Shown piece by piece: positions 7,673 to 19,373 of a stretch of DNA of 64,000 nucleotides; within the stretch, counting starts at the first letter, position 1, and each line of letters opens with the position of its first letter. The notes beneath the pieces are model-generated. The model worked only from the letters and a program-made list of their open reading frames with translations. It was not told the DNA's origin and did not search any database. This DNA comes from Polyangiales bacterium (GTDB lineage: Bacteria > Myxococcota_A > Polyangia > Polyangiales > Polyangiaceae), in the NCBI GenBank assembly GCA_038231275.1, contig JBBRLQ010000016.1, forward strand, positions 1 through 64,000, given 5' to 3'. The position numbers were made by a program, and so were the translations under genes.

Positions 7673-9439
7673 CTAGAGACCCGAGGCCGGGAGCGGCTTC
7701 GGCGCGGGCGGCGGATCCTTCTTCGGCTGCGGCGGCGGAGGAGAAGGACGCGGTCGCGGAACAGGCGGAGGTGCCGCGGTCGCGGTCGCGGTCGTCGTCG
7801 CGGTCGCGATCGTCGTCGCGGTCGCGATCGTCGGTGCGCTCGCGGCCGCGGCGGCCGAGGGGATGCTCGTGGGCGGAGACACGGCGGTCGGCGGCGGCGT
7901 CGTCGCGTGCGCAACGTCCTCTGCTTGCCTTCGCGCACGCACCGCGATGAACGCCAGCGATCCAACGACGACCCCGGCCAGCACAGTCCCGATGACGCCA
8001 AACACAATGTTGCGCTTGCGCCGCTCGGTCGGCGACGTGGTCTCGAGCCGCAGCGGAGGCTGCGAGCGATCCGTCTGCCAGTTCCCTTGCGTCGAGATCG
8101 GGGCGACCTCGACGATCGGCCGCGGCATCGGCGGCGGCTCCAGCGCCTGCTGGGTCATGCCGTACGGATCGGCGCTCAGCGTCACCGCGATCGGCGGCGT
8201 GATCGCCTCGGTCCCATGCTGCGGCGTACCGCTCCCGTGATCGTAGACGAGGCTCCGCGTCGCCGCTTTTCGATCGATCCCCGGCCCCGCGCTCGGCGGC
8301 GCCTGCGCGGTGAGCCCGGCCGACGCGAGCGTGCTTGCGTGCGCGACCCCATGCGCCTGCGCGGCGGCGGCCGCCGACGGAGGCGCGTCCTGAAGCGTGC
8401 CCCCTTGCACCGGCGGCGGGATCATCCCAACCGCGGTCGACGGAGCCTCGTGCGCGCCGCCGTTCACGATGATCTGCACCTGCGCGGCGCTCGGCACGTT
8501 CAGGACGTTCACGGCGGTCGGCGCGCTCGTCGGATTCACGCTCGGCGTCGCCGGCGATTTGAGCGCCTGCGCCAACGCGCGCAGCTCCTTCGCGAACGTG
8601 AACGCGTCGCGCGGACGCATCCGCCAGTCCTTCGCCAGCGACGACGCGATGAGGCGCTCGAGATCCGGCGGCACCGCCACCTTCGCGTGCGACGCGAGCG
8701 GCGGCGCAGCGCGCGTCAGGTGCGCCTTGCCGATCTGATGGACGTCCCGCTCCTCGTCGAACGGCCCGCGCCCGCAGATCATCTCGTAGATGACGAGCCC
8801 CGCCGCGTAGAGATCCGTGTGAGGCCCGATGTCGTCGCCGCGTAGCTGCTCCGGCGCCGCATAGCGCAGGGTCCCCAGGAATCGCCCCTGCGTCTCCCCC
8901 TTTGCTCCGTCGAGCACGCGCATGATCCCGAAGTCGAGGAGCTTCGTCACCGTGGCGCCGTTCTGCGCGCGGTGCAAAAAGATGTTGTCCGGCTTCACGT
9001 CGCGATGAATCACCTGCTTGTCGTGCGCGCAGTCGAGCGCGTCGAGCAGATCGATCCCGATCTCGTACGCGTGCGGGAGCTCGAGGCTCTTGCGCTTCTC
9101 GAGCACGGTGCGGAGGCTGCTCCCGTCGAGCCGCTCCATCACGTAATACGGCAGCCGCAGCGCGTCGCCCGTCATGCCGGCCGTGAACACCTCGACGATG
9201 TTCGGGTGATGGAGCTGCGCGAGCATCCGCGCCTCTTTGATCATGCGCCGCGCGAGGTCCTGCCTATCGCCCAGCTCGGGGTGCAGCGTCTTGAGGACGT
9301 AGCGCTTGCCGACGGTCGTGTCCTCGACGTCGTAAACGGTGCCCATCCCGCCCGTCGCGATGTGGCGGAGGACCTTGTAGACGGTGCCCGGGATGAGGTA
9401 CCCGGCCGGGTAGTCCTTCCGAGGATCGGCCGGCGGCAT
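7673..9439 (-). CDS. Membrane-anchored Ser/Thr protein kinase
   Basis: GGMGTVY, VLK, HRDVKPDN, DFG, GTLRYAAPEQ, DLYAAG motifs; TM segment and P/T-rich tail. Confidence 0.95.
   Translation of the reverse strand: MPPADPRKDYPAGYLIPGTVYKVLRHIATGGMGTVYDVEDTTVGKRYVLKTLHPELGDRQDLARRMIKEARMLAQLHHPNIVEVFTAGMTGDALRLPYYVMERLDGSSLRTVLEKRKSLELPHAYEIGIDLLDALDCAHDKQVIHRDVKPDNIFLHRAQNGATVTKLLDFGIMRVLDGAKGETQGRFLGTLRYAAPEQLRGDDIGPHTDLYAAGLVIYEMICGRGPFDEERDVHQIGKAHLTRAAPPLASHAKVAVPPDLERLIASSLAKDWRMRPRDAFTFAKELRALAQALKSPATPSVNPTSAPTAVNVLNVPSAAQVQIIVNGGAHEAPSTAVGMIPPPVQGGTLQDAPPSAAAAAQAHGVAHASTLASAGLTAQAPPSAGPGIDRKAATRSLVYDHGSGTPQHGTEAITPPIAVTLSADPYGMTQQALEPPPMPRPIVEVAPISTQGNWQTDRSQPPLRLETTSPTERRKRNIVFGVIGTVLAGVVVGSLAFIAVRARRQAEDVAHATTPPPTAVSPPTSIPSAAAAASAPTIATATTIATATTTATATAAPPPVPRPRPSPPPPQPKKDPPPAPKPLPASGL
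7776..7834. repeat. Short tandem coding repeat (TIATAT units in the kinase tail)
   Basis: Repeated cggtcgcgatcgtcgtcg units. Confidence 0.7.
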
Positions 9440-9718
9440 GGGTTACTGAATCTACTCTGGATTGGAACGGAGACACCGATTCCAGCCGCAAAAAAACGCA
9501 CCCGCGGTTTCCTCGGGGGTTGTCCTAGGGAGCCTTCGACGTTGAGCCGGAAGTTACGGCAGAGATGTCAGCTCATTTTATTGTAATTGTTGAGTAATTC
9601 GCACATCCCCACGAACCGCTTCGCCTTTGACCTTCGCGGGATGTGTGCTCTACTCACGCGCCGCCGTGAACGTGCCGAGCGGCTCCGAGCAACCAATGAG
9701 ACGGGCCCGTAGCATTCC

Positions 9719-11242
9719 ATGAAAGCCTTCGTCTTCGCGTTCGTCATCGCCGCGGTGGTATGCGCGGCGCTCACGCCGCTCGTGCGTCGGCTCGCGTTTC
9801 GCATGGGGGCGGTGTCGGTGCCCGGTGGGCGTCACGTCCACAAGAGGACGATCCCCCGTCTTGGCGGCATCGCGATCTGCCTCGCGTTTTTCGCGCCGAT
9901 GGTCGGCCTGCTCTTCGTGCAGTCGTCGTCCGTCGCGATGGTCTTCCGTGCCCAGTCGGTCCGCGCGATCGGTCTCTTCGTGGGCGGCGGCGCGCTGTGC
10001 CTGCTCGGCGTCCTCGACGACACGCGACGGGTCCGCGCCCTCTACAAGCTCTACGCGCACCTGGCCGTGGCAGTGCTCGCGTTTGCGTGCGGCTTCCGCA
10101 TCGACGTCATCCGGCTTCCCATCTTCGGCGATCTCTCGATGGGGATCTTCTCGCTCCCGGTCACCGTGCTCTGGATCGTCGGCATCATCAACGCCATCAA
10201 CCTCATCGACGGCCTGGATGGTCTCGCGGGGGGCGTGGTCTTCTTCGCGGCGCTGACCAACTTCATCGTGGCCTACCTGTCGGGCTCGATCATGGTGGCG
10301 CTCATCATGGCGTCGACCCTCGGCGCGGTGCTGGGTTTCCTTTGCTACAACTTCAACCCCGCGCGCATCTTCATGGGGGACTCGGGGAGCTATTTCCTAG
10401 GGTTCATACTTGCGACGACATCACTCCTCGGCTCGATGCAGCCCGCATCGACCGCGGTCTCGCTCCTCGTGCCGATCCTCGCGCTCGGCGTCCCGATCTT
10501 CGACACCTTGTTCGCGATGGTGCGGCGGTTCCTCGAGCGGCGCCCGATCTTCTCACCCGACCGCGGGCACCTGCACCACCGCTTGCTGGACATGGGGATC
10601 ACGCACCGCCGCGCGGTCCTGATCCTCTACGGCATCAGCGTCATCTTCACGATGGCCGCCATCGGCGTCTCGCTCGGAAAGAGCTGGCAGGCCGGCCTGG
10701 CGATGCTGATCGCCAGCGCGGTCCTCGTCGGCCTCGTCCGCTTCGCCGGATACTTCGAGTACCTGCACCTGGTAAGGCGCCAGAAGGCACGCCTGCGCAC
10801 GCGCGACGCGGAGCTGCTCCGGGCGCTCATGCCCGAACTCGTGCGCATGTTCTCGGACGTCAGCACGGAAGAGAACGTGTGGGAAGTGCTCCAGTCGGTC
10901 ATGAAGCGGGCCGATCTGGTCGCCGTCGAAGTCATCGTGCCGCCGGACTCGAAGGGGGAGCCGCGGCTGTCGTGGTGGAAGGAGGGAGTGGCGCTGGACT
11001 CGGAGGTGGTGACGGCGCGGTATCCGATCGGCCCGGAGTCGGCGGCGCGGGCGTCCCTCAAGTTCTCGCTGCAGACCGACTACGGCGACGTGTCGGCGCA
11101 GAGTGAAGTGCTCCTGCAGATTGTCGTCGATGTCGTTGCCGCAGCGCTCACGCGCGTGGGTAGCGCTCTCGCCCCCGAAGTCGCCCACGAGGTAGAGCCC
11201 GTGCCCCGCGCCTCGCAGACCCAGATCGAGGCGCGGTCCTAA
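9719..11242 (+). CDS. wecA: Undecaprenyl-phosphate GlcNAc-1-phosphate transferase (MraY/WecA family) with C-terminal extension
   Basis: PRLGG, GVLDD, NAINLIDGLDGL, NFNPARIFMGDSGS, DRGHLHH motifs. Confidence 0.92.
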   Translation: MKAFVFAFVIAAVVCAALTPLVRRLAFRMGAVSVPGGRHVHKRTIPRLGGIAICLAFFAPMVGLLFVQSSSVAMVFRAQSVRAIGLFVGGGALCLLGVLDDTRRVRALYKLYAHLAVAVLAFACGFRIDVIRLPIFGDLSMGIFSLPVTVLWIVGIINAINLIDGLDGLAGGVVFFAALTNFIVAYLSGSIMVALIMASTLGAVLGFLCYNFNPARIFMGDSGSYFLGFILATTSLLGSMQPASTAVSLLVPILALGVPIFDTLFAMVRRFLERRPIFSPDRGHLHHRLLDMGITHRRAVLILYGISVIFTMAAIGVSLGKSWQAGLAMLIASAVLVGLVRFAGYFEYLHLVRRQKARLRTRDAELLRALMPELVRMFSDVSTEENVWEVLQSVMKRADLVAVEVIVPPDSKGEPRLSWWKEGVALDSEVVTARYPIGPESAARASLKFSLQTDYGDVSAQSEVLLQIVVDVVAAALTRVGSALAPEVAHEVEPVPRASQTQIEARS

Positions 11243-11261
11243 GCGGACGAGGAGCGGTCGG

Positions 11262-13247
11262 ATGTGCGGAATTGCGGGAGTCATTGGCGCAGACAGCCGC
11301 CAAGTGCAGCCGATCGTGACGGCCATGTGCCGCGCAATCCGCCATCGGGGACCGGACGGCGGCGGCGTCGTTGCCGAGGCTGACGCGGCTCTCGGAATGG
11401 CGCGCCTCGCGATCGTGGACGTGGAGCATGGGCACCAGCCAATGCTGAGCGACGACGGTCATCTCGCGATCGTCTACAACGGCGAAGTATACAACGCCCC
11501 GGCGCTTCGCGCGGAGCTGGAGGGCCAGGGCGTGCGCTTTCGCACCCGCAGCGACACGGAGGTGATCCTGCGCCTCTTCGAGCGTGACGGCGCCCGCGTC
11601 GAGGAGCACTTGGTGGGGATGTGGGCGTTTGCGATCCATGATCGCCGGGCTCGTCGGGTCGTGCTGAGCCGCGATCGTTTCGGGATCAAGCCGCTCTTCA
11701 TCGCCGACGCCGGGCGCGAGCTCGCGTTCGCATCGGAGCTCCGATGCTTCGAGCACGTGCAGTCGCGGCCGGGCTTCGGGGCGCTGTTCCGCCCGAGCCT
11801 CACCTCCGCGCACGCGATGCTCTCGTGGGGGTATGTCCCGGAGCTCGACACCATTTACGAGGGCGTCACACGACTCGAGCCGGGGACCCGCCTCGAGGTC
11901 GATCTGACCACGCATGCGCGCGTCGTGAAGAAGTTCTGGTCACTGACGCCGTCCGCGGATGCCGCGCACGTGCGGAGCTTGGACGAGGCGTGTGATTTCG
12001 TCGAGCCGCTCCTCCGTCGCGCCGTCACCGAGCACCTCGAGAGCGACGTGCCGATCGCCGCGTTCCTCAGCGGCGGGATCGACTCGTCACTGGTGTGCGA
12101 GTACGCGTCGAAGGCTTCGTCGCGGCCGATTCGCGCGTTCAGCATCGGCTTCGCGGATCCGCGCTTCGACGAGTCGCCGCATGCGCGGGAGGTTGCCAAG
12201 GGCCTGGGGATGGAGCTCGACGTCGAGATTCTCGACGAGCGACGCCTGCAGTCGTCGCTCGCGGATGCATTGCTCGCGTACGACGAGCCGTTCGGAGACT
12301 CGTCCAACCTGGCGACGTTCATTCTCTCGCAGAAAGTGGCAAGTGGTCACAAGGTGGCGCTCGCTGGCGACGGCGGGGACGAGGTGTTCGCCGGGTACAA
12401 GAAGCATCGCATCATCGCGCTCCGCGGTGCCTTGGCACGCGTGCCGCGCCTCCGCGATGGGCTTGCCGCCGCGCTCTCCGCCCTCCCCTCGCGCACGGAT
12501 CGCTCGCGCGGATGGACAGATGTCCTCCGCGTCGCGCGGCGCGCCGCGCGCGGACTGACGGGAACCGATGCCGTCGCGTACGCAGCGCTCACGCAGGTCG
12601 CGTCGCTTGCCCGGACCGCGCCGCTCATCGCCGGTACCTCGTCGGCCGAGCGACTCTTTCAGCGTGCCGTCCACCGGTTCGACGGCCTCGGTCCCTCGCA
12701 GCTCGCGCGCACGCTCTCGAGCGATCTGTCGAGCCCATTGCCTAACGACATGCTCACGAAGGTCGACCGCGCGAGCATGGCGTGCCACCTAGAGGTCCGC
12801 GTCCCGTTCCTGGACCATCGCGTCGTCGAGGCCGGCGTCGGCCTGCCGTCGCGCTTTACGCTGGGCACGAACGGGAAGGAGGTGCTCCGCGCGCTGTTCC
12901 AACGGCGTTTCGGCGAGCGCCTCGCGAGGCGGAAGAAGCAAGGCTTCAGCGTTCCCGTCGAGCGTTGGCTCGGCCAAAGCCTCGCGCCTGCATGCGACGC
13001 GCTCTTCGATGCGGGCCGGCTCGATGCGCTCGGCCTTCTCTCGAGCACGGAGCTCGGCGACGGCCGCTGGCGCACCTGGCTCGCGCGCGATCCGCAGATC
13101 CTGTGGCACGCGTTCGCCCTGGCGGCGTGGAGCGAGGTCGTGCTCGGTGACGGCCCCGACGGGCTGCGCCGCGCGCTCGGAACGAGGAGCACGACTCCGC
13201 TGCGTCCAAGCCCTTCAGCAATTCACGAGAGCGCAGGCGCAGCCTGA
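11262..13247 (+). CDS. asnB: Asparagine synthase (glutamine-hydrolysing) family amidotransferase 1
   Basis: MCGIAG, HRGPD, NGEVYN, RDRFGIKPL, LSGGIDSS, GDGGDEVFAGY, KVDRASM..RVPFLD. Confidence 0.95.
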   Translation: MCGIAGVIGADSRQVQPIVTAMCRAIRHRGPDGGGVVAEADAALGMARLAIVDVEHGHQPMLSDDGHLAIVYNGEVYNAPALRAELEGQGVRFRTRSDTEVILRLFERDGARVEEHLVGMWAFAIHDRRARRVVLSRDRFGIKPLFIADAGRELAFASELRCFEHVQSRPGFGALFRPSLTSAHAMLSWGYVPELDTIYEGVTRLEPGTRLEVDLTTHARVVKKFWSLTPSADAAHVRSLDEACDFVEPLLRRAVTEHLESDVPIAAFLSGGIDSSLVCEYASKASSRPIRAFSIGFADPRFDESPHAREVAKGLGMELDVEILDERRLQSSLADALLAYDEPFGDSSNLATFILSQKVASGHKVALAGDGGDEVFAGYKKHRIIALRGALARVPRLRDGLAAALSALPSRTDRSRGWTDVLRVARRAARGLTGTDAVAYAALTQVASLARTAPLIAGTSSAERLFQRAVHRFDGLGPSQLARTLSSDLSSPLPNDMLTKVDRASMACHLEVRVPFLDHRVVEAGVGLPSRFTLGTNGKEVLRALFQRRFGERLARRKKQGFSVPVERWLGQSLAPACDALFDAGRLDALGLLSSTELGDGRWRTWLARDPQILWHAFALAAWSEVVLGDGPDGLRRALGTRSTTPLRPSPSAIHESAGAA

Positions 13248-13296
13248 TGCTCACGCTTTCTCATCGAGTCACGACGTCACGAGGAGCTGCTTCAAG

Positions 13297-14277
13297 ATGC
13301 GCGAAGAACTACTGAACCTACTCGCGGAGCCTGAGACCGGCGCCGCGCTCGAGCTCGAGGCCCGTCGCGGCAGCGGCACGGTGATCGAGGAGGGAGACCT
13401 CGTCTCGACGAAGACCGGCACGCGGTACCCGATCATCCGGGGAATTCCGCGCTTCGTTCCCAAGGAAAACTACGCGGAGACCTTCGGGTTTCAATGGAAT
13501 CGGTACCGCACGGTCCAGATCGACAGCGAGACGCGCGCCGGCGTCTCTAGGAAGCGCTTCGACACCGAGGCGCGCTGGACGGCCGACACCTTGCGCGGCA
13601 AGTGGGTCCTCGATGCAGGATGCGGCGCGGGTCGCTTCGCAGAGATCGCTGCCGAACGTGGCGCCAACCTGGTCGCGCTCGATCTTTCGTCGGCCGTCGA
13701 GGCGACCGCCAAGACGCTCGCGCGCTTTCCCAACATCGACGTCGTGCAGGCCAACATGCTGGCGCCACCTTTCAAGGAAGGTGCGTTCGACTTCGCCTAC
13801 TCGCTCGGCGTCATCCAGCACACGCCGGATCGGGAGGCCGCCATTCGCGCGGTGGTCCGCTGCGTGCGCAAGGGCGGCGAGTTCGCGTTCGCGATCTATG
13901 CGCGCCGCCCCTGGACGAAGTTGGCCGGCAAATACCTCGTTCGTCCGATCACGAAGCGCGTGCCCCAGGAGCGGCTCGTTCGCTGGCTCGAGAACACGAT
14001 GCCCGTCCTGTTCCCACTCACGAACGTCCTCTACCGGCTGCCGGTCGTGGGAAAAGTCAGTCGCTTCGTCCTGCCCGTGGCCAACTACGTCGAGCGCGGC
14101 GACTTCAGCGAACAGCAGCGGTACGACGAGGCCCTCCTCGACACGTTCGACATGCTCGCACCTCGTTATGACGAGCCGATGACCCCCGCCGAGTGTGAGC
14201 GCGCACTGAGGGCAGAGGGAATCGGTGAGTGGAGCTTCCTCATGCGGCGACCCATCAACTTGGTGGGGACTCGTTGA
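13297..14277 (+). CDS. Class I SAM methyltransferase with N-terminal Trm112-like domain
   Basis: LLNLLAEPETG..YPIIRGIPRF N-terminus; FGFQW; VLDAGCGAGRF; GVIQHTPD. Confidence 0.88.
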   Translation: MREELLNLLAEPETGAALELEARRGSGTVIEEGDLVSTKTGTRYPIIRGIPRFVPKENYAETFGFQWNRYRTVQIDSETRAGVSRKRFDTEARWTADTLRGKWVLDAGCGAGRFAEIAAERGANLVALDLSSAVEATAKTLARFPNIDVVQANMLAPPFKEGAFDFAYSLGVIQHTPDREAAIRAVVRCVRKGGEFAFAIYARRPWTKLAGKYLVRPITKRVPQERLVRWLENTMPVLFPLTNVLYRLPVVGKVSRFVLPVANYVERGDFSEQQRYDEALLDTFDMLAPRYDEPMTPAECERALRAEGIGEWSFLMRRPINLVGTR

Positions 14278-14441
14278 AATGACTCAGAGGCGTGAGGCCT
14301 TTTGTAAATGCAGCGATTGAGTCTAGGCATCAGTGGGATTTTATGGCGGTATGGACCCCTGTCGGATGGGGCCGCGTGCCCCGCACGGGGGTTTTGGGAG
14401 TTTTCCCGGTGGTCGTAGCGCTCAGTAGTTTTCGGAGCCGT

Positions 14442-15236
14442 ATGCGGCACCTGCGCACCATGATCGTTATCGTGGCTGCCTCCATTTGCTGCGTCGAGGC
14501 ATTTTGGCAGCACCGCGAGACGGTCTTCGTCGAGCAGCTCTCGGCCAAAATCGTCGCCGACGCAAACGCGCGAACGCCGCGGGAGAAGACGCTGGCGATC
14601 CGAGACTATTTACGCGCGAACGTAACGCACATTGGGGCCCCCATGGGGGACGACCGGCCGTTTCTTCGCGCTACCGCGGCCGAGACGTTGCAATCGGGGC
14701 TCGGCTTCTGCGGCGAGGTTTCTCGGGCCTTCATCAATCTCGCGCAGCCAGCCGGAATCCCCGCAGCACGGTTGAACTTGTTCAGCAAGGAGCCGCACGT
14801 CGTTGCCTACGTCAATCTCGGCGCCGGCGATGACGTCATCGTCGACTCGCTGAGAGTGCCCTCGGTCGCGGATCTCGAGACGATCGACTCGCTCATGAGC
14901 CGTCACGTCTACGACGACTATTCGACGCTGAACCTGCGCCGCCTCCAACTCGGGTTCCTGTTCAAGCGGACGAAGATGACCCTGGGACCGCTGACCTACT
15001 GGGGCGAGAACCCGCATGCGATGAAGGCGACGGCCTGGGGGCTGATCGCGGCGACACTCCTAGCGCTGCGTGGGCTGCGCCACGGGGTACGACGCTTCCT
15101 CCATTGGCGCGGCTGGGTGCACCGCTCTGCGCTCCCGGGCGGAGGCGAACCTGAGCCGCCCCCGTCCGAACCCACTGGAGACGCGTCTTCCGACAGCGCT
15201 CGCGGAGTGGTCGTCGCCCAGACGCCCGGAGAGTAG
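14442..15236 (+). CDS. Transglutaminase-like domain membrane protein
   Basis: TLQSGLGFCGEVSRAFINLAQPAGIPA..HVVAYV..IVD (Cys-His-Asp triad); hydrophobic segments at both ends. Confidence 0.8.
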   Translation: MRHLRTMIVIVAASICCVEAFWQHRETVFVEQLSAKIVADANARTPREKTLAIRDYLRANVTHIGAPMGDDRPFLRATAAETLQSGLGFCGEVSRAFINLAQPAGIPAARLNLFSKEPHVVAYVNLGAGDDVIVDSLRVPSVADLETIDSLMSRHVYDDYSTLNLRRLQLGFLFKRTKMTLGPLTYWGENPHAMKATAWGLIAATLLALRGLRHGVRRFLHWRGWVHRSALPGGGEPEPPPSEPTGDASSDSARGVVVAQTPGE

Positions 15237-15247
15237 CGTCGTCGGCC

Positions 15248-17176
<1,929 letters not shown>

Positions 17177-17232
17177 GACCTAGACCGTCGCGCCCGCGAC
17201 AGGGGTCTGACGAGCGCCGTGCGAGTCGCCGT

Positions 17233-18528
17233 TCATCGGGCCACGAGCCTTTCGTAGAGATCACGATAGACCGGCAGCGCGACGCGATCGACGTCGAACA
17301 AAGATTCGGCCAGCGCGCGGAAGTGAGCGCGGGGCTTGTCGAGCAACAGGGCGAGATCATCGACGGCACGCGCCATCGCGGTGTCGTCCAGGACTTCGCC
17401 AACCGCCACAGCTCCCCCCTTCGCCGCGATCGCTGCGCCGTCCCCCACATCGCGGCCAATGACGATGGGGAGGCCGACGGAGAGGTACTCGCCGTACTTC
17501 GTCGGGGAAGACGCTCGCTTCGAAAAGCAAGGCTTGATGAGCGCCAACCCGACGTCCGCTGCTGAAAGCCACGCGGGCATCTTCTCCGACGTGGACGAGG
17601 TAATCGCGTAGGAGCCGGGCGACAGGCCCGCGCGTTGGCTGACCGCTTCTGCCAGCGCGCGGTCGTTGTTCACGACCCAGAGCAAGAATGTCTTTTCGCC
17701 TTTTTGCGCGGCGAAGGCGCGCACAAGCCGCGCCATCTCGTCGGCCAAGTACCAGGTGCCTAGGCTGCCCGAGTAGATGAAGACCCGGGTCTCGTCGTCG
17801 ACGCCTAGCTCCGCCCGAATCGCGCGACGCGCGGTTGCATCGAAGCGGAATCGCGCGAGGTCGACACAGCACGGGACCACCGCGACCGGCGGAGTGTCGG
17901 CGCGCACCTCGCCGAACCGCCCCACCACGTATGGCCGAATCGCCTGCGTGAGCACAACGGCACCGGACGCTCGACGGAAAAAACGTCGCTCGGAGCGCTT
18001 GGCGAGTCGCCACTTGAGCTCCCCTTCCCTCCAAACGCCGCCGTCGACGTACTCCTCCGCCTGGAGCCCGCGAACATCGAACAGCTTCGGCATGCTCCTG
18101 GACGCGTTGGTGGCGATCTCCATCGGAACGTAGCCGCGCGCATGAAAGAGTCCGACTTGCTCGCGCATCATGAGACGTCGCAGCGCGATGACACCGCTCA
18201 GCATGTCGTAGGTGGTCGCGGGGAGGCTCGGGCGGCTGTGGTAGCGAAGCCGAATCCACCCGATGCGCTGCTCGGCGAGCCGCCGTGTCATCGACGTGAG
18301 CGCGCCTTCATCGGCGAGCTTGTCGCGTCGCTCGAAGCTCAGGATGTGAACTCGCCAGTCGCGGTTCAACCGCTCGAGGTAGGGGAGGATCTGGCTCTGG
18401 CCGAGCGGATCCAGCACGCCATTGTACGTAATGAACACCACCGCGCGCCGCGCGTCACGCTGCGCAGCGCTGGGCGCGGCAGCGTCAGAGCGCGCATCGC
18501 GGTGGACTGCTGTGCGCCAGTCGGTCAC
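17233..18528 (-). CDS. Glycosyltransferase (GT4-like)
   Basis: DPLGQSQILPYL, YSGSLGTWY, SPTKYGEYLSVGLP; GTGA overlap with the upstream stop. Confidence 0.88.
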   Translation of the reverse strand: MTDWRTAVHRDARSDAAAPSAAQRDARRAVVFITYNGVLDPLGQSQILPYLERLNRDWRVHILSFERRDKLADEGALTSMTRRLAEQRIGWIRLRYHSRPSLPATTYDMLSGVIALRRLMMREQVGLFHARGYVPMEIATNASRSMPKLFDVRGLQAEEYVDGGVWREGELKWRLAKRSERRFFRRASGAVVLTQAIRPYVVGRFGEVRADTPPVAVVPCCVDLARFRFDATARRAIRAELGVDDETRVFIYSGSLGTWYLADEMARLVRAFAAQKGEKTFLLWVVNNDRALAEAVSQRAGLSPGSYAITSSTSEKMPAWLSAADVGLALIKPCFSKRASSPTKYGEYLSVGLPIVIGRDVGDGAAIAAKGGAVAVGEVLDDTAMARAVDDLALLLDKPRAHFRALAESLFDVDRVALPVYRDLYERLVAR

Positions 18529-19373
18529 GCCACGCCGGGCAGAACCGACGAGAGGCGATCGGCGCGCGACGGGTGCACGAACACCCAGTTGTCCTCCACG
18601 ACATCCGCGACCGCCGTGGGTACGAGTCGACGGCCCTGGTAGGCGTAAAGGCGATAGCCGCGCTCCGTGAAGAACCCCACGAGGTCCTGCACCTTGAGCC
18701 CCAGCCCCTCGAGAAACCACGGGTTGATCTCGCAGATGACCGTGGGGTGGTTGGCCTCGATGATCTTCGCTGCTCCTTTGAGCGCGAAGTAGTCAGCCCC
18801 TTCGATGTCGCACTTGATCAGGCTGACGTCGCGCGCGGTGGTGAGTGGAGCAAGGACATCGTCGAGCACGACGACGTCGCACGTGATCTCCTTGCTGCGT
18901 TCGAAGCGGGCGTGCTGCGTCTTGCCGGGTCGCTCGTTGTTGCGGGCCGCGCTGTGCACGACGCCCGCCATGATGCTCCCCGACTCGCTGATGGGCACCG
19001 TCAACGCCAGTGTACCGGCCTTGTCGCCGACCGCCTTCTCGAACAGCTCGACCTGCCCGAAGCGAAGCACCTTGGCGACGCGCCGGAACGTGGCTGCCGT
19101 GAACGGCACGGGCTCGAACGCGTAGACCTTGCCGCTCGGGCCGACCGCGCGAGACAGGTGGTACGAGTAGAGGCCATAGTTGGCGCCGACGTCGATCACC
19201 GTCTCGCCGGGGCGCACGGCGGGCGCGACGAGATCGAGCTCGGGCTCCGTCCAGGAGCCGGAGCGAATGTCCCAGCTCATCGCCATCGTCTGAAACAGGC
19301 CGTAGCTCTGTTCAGTCAGGATGGGTGCCAGGATGCGCTTGATGATTCGGCGTGGCAGCGAGTCTGCGGCCAT
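18525..19373 (-). CDS. FkbM family methyltransferase
   Basis: VIDVGANYG, VYAFEP, IKCDIEG, ICE motifs. Confidence 0.92.
   Translation of the reverse strand: MAADSLPRRIIKRILAPILTEQSYGLFQTMAMSWDIRSGSWTEPELDLVAPAVRPGETVIDVGANYGLYSYHLSRAVGPSGKVYAFEPVPFTAATFRRVAKVLRFGQVELFEKAVGDKAGTLALTVPISESGSIMAGVVHSAARNNERPGKTQHARFERSKEITCDVVVLDDVLAPLTTARDVSLIKCDIEGADYFALKGAAKIIEANHPTVICEINPWFLEGLGLKVQDLVGFFTERGYRLYAYQGRRLVPTAVADVVEDNWVFVHPSRADRLSSVLPGVA

Noticed and set aside
14345..14356. ops/JUMPStart element (GGCGGTAT)
   Set aside because: Mismatch to GGCGGTAG, no surrounding JUMPStart structure, and likely by chance in high-GC DNA.
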